DNA from: Octopus sinensis
Lineage: Eukaryota
DNA: 64,000 nt
Reading direction: 5' to 3'
NCBI RefSeq assembly: GCF_006345805.1
Contig: NC_043022.1
Coordinates: forward strand, 2,418,001 to 2,482,000
In this document: piece after piece, positions 36,653-48,857 of the stretch
Numbering within the stretch: the first letter of the stretch is position 1
Layout: each line of letters starts with the position of its first letter
Made by a program: the position numbers and the translations under genes
The notes under the pieces: generated by a model
The model's input: the letters and a program-made list of their open reading frames with translations, nothing else
What the model was told of the DNA's origin: nothing
Database searches by the model: none

Positions 36653-39600
36653 GGATATTAAAAAGGCTGTGAACCACTGGTCTACCTTGTGCTCCAACTA
36701 TATAGAAATGTTTACATCTTTTAAAGTAAAGGTGTTTGGCCTAGTGGGTGAGAGTGTAGAACCCATGATCATAAGATTGCCGGTTCATTTCCTGAGTGAG
36801 GCAGTGTGTTGTTTTTGAGCAAGGCACTTCAAAAACTGTAATATTTTCCCATGACCAATAATATATTTTCACAAAATATTGGAAATAAAGGAGACTGCTT
36901 GCATTATGTGACACTCATTTACAACTTTCAAGGGGACAATAACGCACACACCTGATTACAGGTAAGTTCACTACCATCAGTTCATCGCAGGTGAGTTCAC
37001 CGAGAAAATTTGTCCATAGACCTCACTATTAATAGTTAAAAACTATTTTATTGAAAAAAGAAAAAAAATGAATTGATGACGGTGAACTTTCCCTGGGATG
37101 AATTGATGACGGTGAACTTACTGGATATGCACACACACACATGCATATATACACAATGGGTTTATTTATTGACATTGTTTTAAATTAATCGTGGCTTTGA
37201 GATTTCGATGATGGGATTATATCTAAAATAATATTGTAGGGTTGGTATAAGAGGCAGGATCTGGTTGGTTTGAGCATAAAAGAGGTAGAACAATAAATAC
37301 ACATATATATATATCATTAACATTAATTGTTTAGCATTCAGATTACTCTGCCAAATGTAATGCTTATTTATTCGCATGTGTTTCAATTGATGAGTATGAT
37401 GATGATGATGATAATACTGATTTATTTGCCACAGGAGTATCAGATGAAAAGGACATTACAAGTGTAGTTTAAAATTTGTGTGGCAATAATAATAACAATC
37501 GTCATCATCATCATTTAGCGTCCGCTTTCCATGCTAGCATTAATTATGCATTTTCTTGTTGCTTTGAGATTTCAATGTCGTCATCATTATCATTATAGTA
37601 ATGATGCTGATGATCATAATAATCCTTTCTACTAAAGGCACAAGGCCTGAAATTTTAGTGGAGGGGGCCAGTAGTTTACATCGACCCCCAGTATTTCACT
37701 GATACTTAATTTTTTGACCCTGAAAGGATGAAAGGCAAAATTGACCTCGGAACATAAGGATGGATCAAATGCCGCTAAGCATTTTGCCTGGCATGCTAAT
37801 GATTCTGCCAGCTCGCCACCTTAAATAATATTAATAATAATACTCATCATCATCATCATCATGTCTGTTTCCCATGCTAGCATGGGTTGTCCAGTTTGAC
37901 AGGAGCTGGTAAGGCCAGTGGCCACGCTACACTCCGTTGTCTGTTTTGGCATGATTGTTTACAACCGGAGGCCCTTCCTAACACCAGCCACTTTACAGAG
38001 CGTACCGGGTGCTCTTGACATGGTACCATTACCAGTGCTTTTTATGTGGCTGTTTTTTAGAATGACATTGTAGGGTAGATGTGAGAGGCCAGATCCGGCA
38101 TGTTCATTCATAAATCAGCTAGAATATCTGGGCCAGATATGAACAGCTTAAATGCTAAAAAAAAGGTAAAAGACTTGTTTCTCTATAACTAGCATAGGAA
38201 TTGATTTTGAGGCCTAATTTTTATGCCTAGATGCCTTTCCTGCCACCAACCCTGACTTGTTTTCCAGGCACAGGAATTTTATATTCCACAGCTCTTTGAA
38301 AGTGCAAAGCAGGCAGTTGTAATGTCAAGAAAGCATGTCATTGTCAACATCATCAACACTACTTCACTTGGGCAGTGACAGATAGTACCGTCATATCTGC
38401 CACAAGCTTTATGCAGTTTCAGACTATTAACCCTTTAGCATTCAAACCGGCCATATCTGGCCAAAATATTTAATCTGTTTTATATTTATTTCTTTACTAC
38501 CCACAAGGGGCTAAACACAGAGAGGACAAACAAACGGATTAAGTCGATTATATCGACCCCAATGCATAACTGGTACTTATTTAATCGACCCCGAAAGGAT
38601 GAAAGGTAAAGTCGACCTCGGCGGAATTTGAACTCACAACGTAGCGGCAGACGAAATACGGCTACGTATTTCGCCCGGCGTGCTAACGTCTCTGCCAGCT
38701 CGCCGCCTTTTATATTGAAACTGACCAGATCTCGCCTCTCACCGCAGCCCTACCATGTCATTCTAAAACTAAAAAATCACATAACTGAAATCTCTAAACT
38801 ACAAGATAATGTAGGATTAATTCAAACCATTTTAGATAAACAGACATCACATTTGACAGAATAATCTGAACACTAAAGGGTTAAACTCTCTTATAAGGCA
38901 TTGTTGAAGACGTGTTCAGTGTACAACATAGTTGAGTGGAACAACTCAGAACCCGTGGCTATGAAGCAACCTATTTAGCTACACGGCTGTGCCTGCTTTT
39001 GATATGAAATTATCTTCATTTAGTGGGGGTGGGTACATATGCATGCATGTATATGGTAAGCTTCTTTCAGTTTCCATCTTTCCAATCCGCTCATATGGCT
39101 TTGGTCAGCCTGGTGCTACAGAAGAAGATGCTTGCCTCAGGGTGCTACATGGGGGAACTGAACCATGTGGTTGGACAATGAAATTGTGAACCCATTCTTT
39201 GTTCAATTTCCGCCAGAGTTAACTTCACCCTTCATCTTTCTGGGATCGATGAAATAAAAGTATCAATCCATGAGGTTGACTGTCCTCCTACACACTTAAA
39301 AACCGTTGGCCTTCTACCTACGTTAGAAACAATTATTGTTGTTGTTGTTATTATTTAAGGTGGTGAGCTGGCAAAAACATTAGCACGCTGGGTGAAATGC
39401 TTAGCGGTATTTCGTCTGTGTTTACGTTCTGAGTTCAAATTCTGCCAAGGTTGACTTTTCCTTTCATCCTTTCAAGGTCAACAAATTAAGTACCAGTTGC
39501 GTACTGGGGTTGATCTAATCGACTGGCTTGCTCTCCCAAAATTTTGGGTCTTGTACCTAGAGTAGAAAACAAATAAGTACCAGTTATGTACTGGGGTTGA

Positions 39601-40045
39601 TCTAATCGACTGGTTTGCTCCCCTAAAATGTTGGGCTTTGTGCCTAGAGTAGAAAACAAATAAGTACCAGTTATGTACTGAGGTCAATGTAATCAACTAT
39701 TCCCTCCCCCAAAATTTCAGGCCTTGTGCCTGTGGTAGTAAGGATTATTATTATTATTATTATAATAAGGTGACAAGTTGACAGAATTGTTAGCACATCA
39801 AGTGAAATACTAAACAGTATTTCATCCAAGTTTCTGTTCTGGGTTCAGATTCCATCATGGCCAACTTTGCCTTTCGTTCTTTCAGGGTCGATAAAAAAAA
39901 GTACCAGCTGAACATTTGGGCTCAATGTAACTGACTTATCCCCTACCCTGAAAATACTGGGCCTTCTGTCAAAATATGTTGCTGTTGTTCTTCATTTGTA
40001 ATTAGTATTTGATTTGACTTAAATTTTGTTTTATCTGTTTTTCAG

Positions 40046-40279
40046 GAGGAAGACAAGAAGATGCGGAGCTACGCTGTGGTGCCACCCATGATGCTGGATG
40101 CTCGATCACGGAGTTTAAAGTTTATCAATAATAACGGCTTGATTGAAGATCCTATGGCTGAATTTAAAGAAAGGCAGCATTTAAATATTTGGACTCAACC
40201 AGAAAAAATGATTTTCAAAGAAAAATACCTCCAACATCCCAAAAATTTCTGTTTAATTGCTTCATTTTTAGAAAGAAAG
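40046..40279 (+). CDS. NCOR1: NCoR exon, DAD/SANT1 N-terminal part (EEDKKMRSYAVVPPMMLDAR...WTQPEKMIFKEKYLQHPKNFCLIASFLERK)
   Basis: tttcAG acceptor, GTGAGT donor, 234 nt, phase 0/0. Contained in ORF 40061..40297. Strong match to NCOR1 VIPPMMFDA...HPKNFGLIASYLERK. Confidence 0.97.
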
Positions 40280-41350
40280 GTGAGTCCTGGTGTTTAGGAA
40301 GTCCTCTTGCTGATCTACTCTGGCTCACTTCTATGAAGTGAAACCCTATTTTATTGGTTCTATCTGGGGGAGTGACAAACTGGGGGTAGATGTAATCACC
40401 TAACCCCGCTCTCTCAAAATTGTTTGTCTTGTGTCTAAATGAGAAACAAGTATATATCCGTTAGACATATTAAGTTACAGATTTTTTTGCACAAATAGAC
40501 TTGCATACACATTGATATGTCTTTCTTTTTCGTTTCTCTTATTTTTTTTTCCCTTTTACAACTTATTTCTAAATATCCAGTTGAATTTTCCCTCTTACCC
40601 CACTTGTTTTTCCTTATCGACTTAATAACTTTTTTGATGTTTTTTCTTAAAATTTTTCACACTGATGATAATGAGAATGCATAACTTTAATTAAAATCAT
40701 TATTATTATTATTTTTTCTTACATATTTGTAGATCCTTTTGAAACGTTCATATGTATTAAATCCAATTTTGCTTTTTTAACATCTTTTCTCCATTTTTAT
40801 ACTTGCTTATGGTATCTTTATACCTATAATAAACTTTATCAATTATATATATATATATATATATATATTGTGGAGGCGCAATGGCCTAGTGGTTAGGACA
40901 GCGGACTCGCAGTCATAGGATTGCGGTTTCGATTCCCAGACTGGGCGTTGTGAGTGTTTATTGAGCGAAAACACCTAAAGCTCCACGAGGCTCCGGCAGG
41001 GATGGTGGTGATCCCTGCTGTACTCTTTCACCACTTTTTCTCACTCTTTCTTCTGTTGGCCTGCTCGCTTAGCCTGTGGGGTGGCGTCATTTGAAGGCTA
41101 AAACAATGCGAAGCACATTGTGACTAGTGATGTGTAACAACATCTGATAGCCTGGTCGGTCACAGTGATCATGGTGATATATATATATATTATGAATGAG
41201 GAGTTCTAAGCGATAAGTAGAATTGTAATGTCATTATCAGTCCGAATATGGTTGATGCATGTTCAAACTGGGGAGCAGTTCAAACTGAGTTCACTCTTCC
41301 TAGATCAGCTTGCAGCGCCACCTACCTAGACTGAAATGCTAATATTTTGG

Positions 41351-41392
<42 letters not shown>

Positions 41393-41681
41393 CCAAAATA
41401 TTAGCATGTGGTATCTTCTTCCCTCCTTTTCTTTCTGTGTGTGTACGGTTCGACTGGGGTCTGGGAAGGCAGGAGGCTGCACCAGGCTCCAATCTGATCT
41501 GGCAGTGTTTCTACTGCTGGATGCCCTCCCTAACACCAATCACTCCGAAGGTCTAGTGGATGCTTTTTACATGCCACCGGCACAGGGGGCAGGGGAGCTG
41601 GTATCATCCACGATTGGATGGTGCTTTTTTACATGCCACCGGCATGGAAGCCAGTCAAGGCAACACTGGCATCAGCCAATA

Positions 41682-41736
<55 letters not shown>

Positions 41737-42402
41737 GCTGTGAGAAGTAAACATAGATTTATTTTCTCATCTAACTTCCAGGTAATAACAGCTGTTTCAT
41801 AATCTTCTTCATGTTAGGAAGGACGTCCAGCTGTAGAAACTCTGCCAGATCAGATTGGAGCCTGGTGCAGCCATCTGGTTCGCCAGACCTCCGTCAAATC
41901 GTCCAACCCATGCTAGCATGGAAAGCGGACATTAAATGATGATGATGGTGTAGTATTAATTTCAGCATGCAAGAAATTAAACATACACATTGATGTGTAT
42001 GCTCAGCATTATGTGATATAATTGTATATTCACAAATTAATGCAAAAAAAGAAAGCTAAGATATCAGTACATCATGGTTAATCTCCAATTCAACTCTAAA
42101 TACACACACAAAATTCACCTTATATACTTACAATGTATGGAAGCCCAGAATTGGACTAGACAACAGTGATTTGATCAGGAAAAGGGAAACAGAGCAAAGA
42201 TGTATTGGGACATTCTTCTTTACCCAAAAGTTTCACATATGAATGCACACGGATCAAATAAGTTGAAAGTGCCATATAGACATTATGGTATTTACCTTCT
42301 GTCATATCCCCCACCCCCCACCCTCGTGAGTCCCAACACTTGTAGATCCTATGTCTCCCTGCCAAGGGTCATACAGGACCTGACCAAGGGCCACTGGTTT
42401 AA

Positions 42403-42623
42403 CCCTTTAGCATTTAAACCGGCCATATCCGGCCAGAAGTATTCTGCCTGTTTTATGTTCAAACTGGCCATATCTGGCCTTTCACACCAGCCCTACAATA
42501 TCGTTTTAAAAATTAACAGCTACCTTATCAAAATCTCATAACTCCAAGATAATGCCTGATTAGTTCAAAGCAATGTGGATAAAAAAAGATTAATTTTGGC
42601 AGAATAATGCGAACACTAAAGGG
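42403..42623. mobile_element. piggyBac-type MITE family A (representative copy)
   Basis: TTAA|CCCTTTAG...CTAAAGGG|TTAA. Other copies at 25731-25951 and 30651-30870, with partial or nested copies near 15.6-15.95k, 18.6-19.2k, 23.55-23.77k and 38.43-38.88k. Confidence 0.82.
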
Positions 42624-42671
42624 TTAAAGAGAGACGAATGCTTCATGAATTGTTGTTATGTTCTGTTTCAG

Positions 42672-42782
42672 ACTGTTGCTGATTGTATATTGCATTATTA
42701 CTTAACGAAAAAGAATGAAAATTTTAAACAGTTATTACGAAAGCAAGGTGTAAAGAAACGAAGAGCTTTCCCTAAGCCACAG
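42672..42782 (+). CDS. NCOR1: NCoR exon, SANT1 C-terminal part ([37 protein letters not shown])
   Basis: tttcAG acceptor, GTAAGT donor, 111 nt, phase 0/0. Matches NCOR1 [24 protein letters not shown]. Confidence 0.96.
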
Positions 42783-43790
42783 GTAAGTTGTGGACCAGTT
42801 GCTACCGTCTATCACAATAGTTGAAGTTTCATTTGATTTTGCATAAATTTGTTTCACAATCCATAGAAATCCCACATCCTCCTCCTTGTAATGTGTGGCA
42901 ATTAGATTATGTACATAATGCTGTATTTGCTCTTGACTCCAAGAAAAATAGAACAGACTCAGGGGAGGGAGGGAGGGCAGAAAGTATTCTCAAACCAGGA
43001 GCTTTTAGCGAATTTCTGCAATGGAGACTTTGCTGAAAGCAACCAAGGTGCCCCATGGTGATGTTAAACTGCACAACAGAATAAGGTTTGGAAAAGCAGT
43101 ACTTGGAAGGAACCAGTTGCTACCTTCTATCAAAGAATATTTGAAGTTGAATCAGCAGGCATCTGTGGTTGAGAAGCTTACTTCCCAAGCATGTGGTCTT
43201 GGGTTCAATCCCACTGCGTGACACCTTGGTCAAGTGTCTTTTATTATGGCACCGTGGGTCAACCAAAGCCTTGTGAGTGGATTTGGTAGATGGAAACTGA
43301 AAGAAGCCCATCGTATATATTTTTTTTTTTTTATCTAGTTTCAGCTCACAAGCTGTAGCCATGCTGGGGCACTGCCATTTGGATATATTTGTATGAGTTT
43401 GTCCCCACCACCATCACTTGACAACCGATGCTGGTGTGTTTATGTCCCCGTAACTTAGCGGTTCAGCAAAAGAGGCCGATAGAATAAGTACTAGTCTTAC
43501 AAAGAATAAGTCCTGGGGTCGATTTGTTCGACTAAAGGCAGTGCTCCAGCATGGCTGCAGTCAAATGACTGAAACAAGTAGAAGAATAAAAAAAAAATAC
43601 CGATCAAAAAATTGCCTGTTCATATAAACCCCTCAACCCCTAGAAAGTCAGGGCCCTTGTTTATAGTCACCGTAAAAGATGAAGTAATGTGAGACCCTTT
43701 AAAGTTGATGTTATTAGTCAATATTGTCATACTAATGTTTGTCTTCTTTTCTTTGCTTGTTCCTCCCCCCTCTGCTCTTCTTCTGTAAAG

Positions 43791-43898
43791 CCATCTGTGA
43801 GTAGACCCTTGGATGGTGTCAAAGAGGAGACCCCATCGAAAGAGGAATCCGATGACAATGCCAACAACTCCAACAACAGCAGCTGTGCCGGCAGCATT

Positions 43899-43929
<31 letters not shown>

Positions 43930-44017
43930 CCAGCACCACCACCACCACAACCTCCTCAACTGCCACAACTACAACCACTGCCACCTCAACAACTAGTTCA
44001 GCTAGTACAACTAATAA
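43791..44017 (+). CDS. NCOR1: NCoR exon, Ser/Thr-rich linker (PSVSRPLDGVKEETPSKEESDD...poly-S/poly-T...TN)
   Basis: Long pyrimidine tract plus taaAG acceptor, GTATGT donor, 227 nt, phase 0/2. In frame with ORF 43689..44144 and with both neighbouring exons. Confidence 0.82.
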
Positions 44018-44051
44018 GTATGTATCTATAGCTTCAGTATTTATTGTATGT

Positions 44052-44433
44052 GGAGGCGCAATGGCCCAGTGGTTAGGGCAGCGGACTCGCGGTCATAGGA
44101 TCGCAGTTTCGATTCCCAGACCGGGCGTTGTGAGTGTTTATTGAGCGAAAACACCTAAAGCTCCACGAGGCTCCGGTAGGGGATGGTGGTGATCCCTGCT
44201 GTACTCTTTCACCACAACTTTCTCTCACTCTTACTTCCTGTTTCTGTTCTGCCTGTATTTCAAAGGGCCAGCCTTGTCACTCTATGTGTCACGCTGCATA
44301 TCCCCGAGAACTACGTTAAGGGTACACGTGTCTGTGGAGTGCTCAGCCACTTACACGTTAATTTCACGAGCAGGCTGTTCCGTTGATTCGGATCAACCGG
44401 AACCCTCATCGTCGTAACCGACGAAGTGCTTCC
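44052..44433 (+). mobile_element. tRNA-derived SINE family A, full length
   Basis: 14-bp TSD tatttattgtatgt (44038-44051 / 44438-44451). Confidence 0.92.
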
Positions 44434-45864
44434 TTTATATTTATTGTATGTTGTTGTTGTTGTTAAAATGCAGGGGAAACTGACCCTTGTAAGAGACGTG
44501 TGTAATGCCTGTCCATTAGGTTATGTCATGTCCAGTTTCGTTTATTATGTTCATCATGTCTGTGCTGCAACCAATGAACGAAGCTGAACAAATGAACATT
44601 CGTTAACTGTTTAACGTTCATATTACTCTGTCAAATGCGATGCTTATTCACATTGTTTTCAATTAATCGTCCGTTATCTCGTAGCTTTTGGGACTTAGAT
44701 GATGAGATTGTTTATTTGTAGAGTGACATTGTCGGGTAGGTGTGAGAGGCTGGATCTGACCAGTTTGAATATAAAATGGCTAAAATATTTGGGTTAGATA
44801 CAGCCTGTGCAGCTCTGTAGCTTTCAGATTACTCTGTTAAGTGTTAATGCTTATTTATTCACAGTACATCAACATCAAAATAAATATCAAATGGAAATTG
44901 ATGTAAAAAGCCCCATCCAAACGTGGCCGATCCCAGCACTGCCTTGACTGGCTTCTGTGCCAGTGGCACGTAAAGAACACCCACTACTCTCACGGTGTGG
45001 TTGGTGTTAGGAAGGGCATCCAGCTGTAGAGACACTGCCAGATCAGACTGGAGCCTGGTGCAGCCTTCTGGCTTCCCAGAACCCCGGTCGAACTGTCCAG
45101 CCCGTGCTAGCATGGAGAACGGACGTTAAACAATGATGATGATGATGATTGTTTTGAATTAATTTTGGATTTTCTCATAGCTTTGAGATTTCGATATCAT
45201 TGTCATCATCAACATTTAATATCCGTTTTCTTTGCTGGCATGGGTTAGACGGTTTGACAAAAGCTGACCAGCTGAAGGGCTGTTCAGGTCTGTTTTGGCA
45301 TGGTTTCTATGGCTGGATGCCCCTCCTAATGTCAACTACTTTACAGAGGGTACTGGATGCTTGCACACAGCACCAGCACAGATGCTTTTTGTGTGGCACC
45401 AGCACTTATGAGCCTGCAAGATTAGAGATGCTCAGTTGGAGACGGTTGCAAGGGACAAGCCTGTATGCAAGGGTGGCCACGCTTTTACTTAGCTTAACGT
45501 GTCTTTTCAAGCACACCAAACCACCAGGATTCTCGCTGGTGTGGCTTACAAAGAATAAGTTCTGGGGTCGATGTGTTTGACTTAAGGCAGTGCTCCAGCA
45601 TGGCCACAGTCAGTTGACTGAAATAAATAAAAGGATAAAAAGGAAAAGGGTAAAGGCGGCGAGCTGGCAGAATCATTAGCACACTGGACAATATGTCCAG
45701 CTGTATTTTGCCCATCACTATGTTCTGAGCTCAAATTTCACCGAGGTTGACTTTGCCTTTCATCCTTTTGGAGTAGAAAAATTAAGTACCAGTTGCATAC
45801 TGGGGTCAATCTAATCAACTGGCCCCCTCCCCCAAAATTTCAGGTCCTGTGCCTGTAATAGAAG

Positions 45865-45920
<56 letters not shown>

Positions 45921-45999
45921 GAGTTAGCAGAATCATTACTGTGTCGGACAAAATGCTTAGTGTCATTTCATTGGTCTTCATATTCCGTGTTGCCGTGGT

Positions 46000-46348
46000 G
46001 ATCTCATTCTCGCTCACAACATCATAAGCGGAAATTGTAACCTCTCGAAAGAGCTGTTCTTTACTCCTGCTCCAGAGCGTCGGCTGCGGGGTCATTCCAA
46101 AAAGCTCTACCTGCGACGATTTCATCTCAATCGAAGGAGAGGAGCTTTCTCCGTCCGGGTTGCAGATCCCTGGAACAAGCTGCCAGACGAGATGGTGAAG
46201 ATGCCGACGACCACTTTGTTCAAAGTCTCCCTTGACCTCAAGTGGCCTGAACTCTTTACATGGACACCACCCTGTACATAACTCCATGTCCCCCTACATG
46301 GCCTTGCTTTTTGCTTTTGAGCCAAAAAATTAACTAACTAACTAACTA
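46000..46348 (+). mobile_element. CR1-clade LINE 3' fragment
   Basis: Same family in opposite orientation, ending ttaactaactaac. Confidence 0.85.
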
Positions 46349-46663
46349 CCGAGATTGACTTTGCCTCTCCTCCTTTCAGGGTCAGCAAAATAAGTACCAG
46401 TTGAGAACTAGGGTTAATGTAATCAACTAGCCCCCCTCCCTCAAATTTCAGACCTTCATGGCAGAATTGTGAAGGCATTAGACAAAATCCTCTTGTATTT
46501 AATAATGGCCCTTCATGCTCTGGGTTCAAACCCTGCTAGGGCAGACTTTGCCTTCCATTTCTCAGGGATGATTAAAGTATCAGTCAAATACTGTGCCTGT
46601 GTTGGAAATGTTGTTTTTTTTTTGTTTTGTTTTCTTCAATTTTTTCTCTTTATTTATTTGTAG

Positions 46664-46752
46664 CAGTGTTAAAAAAGAACCTGATAAGGAAAGTGAAGAA
46701 CTCTCCGAAATTACAGATATTACAACAGTTTCTGGATCAACAGATTCTGATG
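46664..46752 (+). CDS. NCOR1: NCoR exon, acidic linker (SVKKEPDKESEELSEITDITTVSGSTDSD)
   Basis: Pyrimidine tract, TAG/CAG tandem acceptor, GTTAGT donor, 89 nt, phase 2/1. Open frame that bridges the 43791 and 48858 exons. Confidence 0.8.
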
Positions 46753-46871
46753 GTTAGTTATTTACTATTCATTCTTATCTATAAAGCTGTTTCTTACTTC
46801 CGCTCTTAATCTTAATCTTATCACTGACTTAATCAGTGATATATTATATGTGTATATATATATTATATGTT

Positions 46872-46926
<55 letters not shown>

Positions 46927-47699
46927 ATATGTGTGTGTGTGTGTGACCTCGTGAGTACCGCCAGCGATTTTTATCCCTCTGTCTTCCCTTCTCGGGATCT
47001 TTCCTTCTCCTATGTTTCCGACGAAGAGCTCCGCTCAAAACGTTAAACCCTCCTTCTTCCCTTCCTTCCTGAGCGTCCAATAATACTTTATTTGTTCCAC
47101 GTCCTCGCGTTGCTGTGTTTTTTTGTGTTTTCTTGTTTGGATTAACTATATACATATATATATATATATATATATAGAGGGCTGGACAAAAGTCACTTGA
47201 CAGTAATTTAATTTCAAGATTTATGTTTAACAACTGAATGAATTTAATTAAAACATCTAATATGAGAGAGTCAAAACTATTGAAAAGGTTGCAAGACGTA
47301 ACGAAAATTTTAGGAAAATAAAAAATATGAAATAAATGGAAATTTTACTGGTGAGTGTGTTAAATTATAAGGCACCAAAAGAAAATGACTCTCCCCAGAC
47401 ACAACAGAATATGCTTCAACACACGAACTCACATAAAGAATCTTGCTAACCAAATCCAAAAACGAAATCTAAATATGAAACATCATGGAATTTATTCAAA
47501 CTGAATAGTTGTATGATGGCTTGGCTGACTGAAACTTTGAAGTCACTATCAATAGTAATTCTTGCTTAAGAATAATAAATCTCGTTTAGAGATTTATTAA
47601 TGCTTTCAGACAGTTTTTCTAAATCAGCGACTGTGGTTGCTGTGAAAAACGTTAAATATTATTTGCAGAGGGTCTCCTTCATCGAGAACCGGTGTTTAC

Positions 47700-47744
47700 C
47701 ATGCGTCGATGAGAGGCAATTACCTTGAAACTATAGTCCGTATG
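47700..47744 (+). ncRNA. Minimal type I hammerhead ribozyme-like motif (core TCGATGA)
   Basis: catgcg-TCGATGA-GAGG-caatta-CCTT-GAAA-C-TATA-G-TC-cgtatg. 6-bp stem I, 4-bp stem II, palindromic stem III, GUC site. Confidence 0.55.
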
Positions 47745-48319
47745 TAGCACTTAGGTTTTCGAGGGAGGATGACCTCCCTTTGCAAATAACACAAGGGCAC
47801 TGAAATGTTGTGTCTAAGGCCAGCTGGAGACGTCGATCTCCTGGGGCTAAAAGCATCAGTAACACCCCACCCCCAGTGGCTAGCCACATTCAGATGGCTA
47901 GTACACCTTACGTTAATAATAAATTTGTTCTCTGCAAAAGAACAACGTAACCTGTCTGATTAATGTAAAATGGTTTTTTTTTACCTGAACACACAAAGGT
48001 GGCAGCTGTCAGAATCGTTAGCGTGTTGGACGAAATGCTTAGCAGTATTTCACCCGTTGCTATATTCTGAGTTCAAATTCCACCGGGGTCGACTTTGCCT
48101 TTCATCTGGGGGGGGGGCAGTAAATTAAGTACCAGTTGTGTACTGGGGTCGATCTAATTGACTGGCCCCCTCCCTCAAAATTTCAGGCCTTGTGCCATCA
48201 GTAGAAAGGATTATAACTGAACATATAAACATTGTGTGTGTGTGTGTGTATTATATTTTTTTTATCAAAACTGCAAAAACATCACAAAAGCCGCTACTCA
48301 GAGTTTGACATTCCTTTTC

Positions 48320-48361
48320 AACTGCCCGATGAATGGGAACGTGAAACTCTGAGTAACAGTT
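48320..48361 (+). ncRNA. Hammerhead-like motif, same family as 507-615
   Basis: aactgc-CCGATGA-ATG-GGAA-CGT-GAAA-CT-CTG-AG-TA-acagtt. Confidence 0.55.
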
Positions 48362-48423
48362 TTTGTTATGTTTTTGCAGCTGTAATATAAAAGCACCTTA
48401 CTCTACCCTCGGTATTCAAGTAC

Positions 48424-48741
48424 CAGACCGGGCGTTGTGAGTGTTTATTGAGCGAAAACACCTAAAGCTCCACGAGGCTCCAGCAGGGGATGGTGGTGAT
48501 CCCTGCTGTACTCTTTCACCACAACTTTCTCTCACTCTTACTTCCTGTTTCTGTTGTACCTATATTTCAAAGAGGCCAGCCTTGTCACTCTCTGTGTCAC
48601 ACTGACTATCCCCGAGAACTATGTTATGGGTGCACGTGTCTGTGGAGTGCTCAGCCACTTACACGTTAATTTCACGAGCAGGCTGTTCCGTTGATTCGGA
48701 TCAACCGGAACCCACGTCGTCGTAACCAACAGAGTGCTTCC
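48424..48741 (+). mobile_element. 5'-truncated SINE family A nested in hammerhead-bearing element
   Basis: 12-bp TSD attcaagtacca (48414-48425 / 48745-48756). Confidence 0.85.
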
Positions 48742-48857
48742 ATCATTCAAGTACCATTTTTTCCCACCTTGTTTTGCTTTTATGTGCTTACTCCTGTGTG
48801 CATACATAAAACATTGGTTTGTTTTTTTACCTCACTCTGCTCTGTTTTTCTCTTCAG

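Noticed and set aside
44052-44130. tRNA-like sequence as a tRNA gene
   Set aside because: It continues into a 380-bp multi-copy body with a TSD and has no proper acceptor stem or terminator, so it is a SINE head. The same holds for the other heads.
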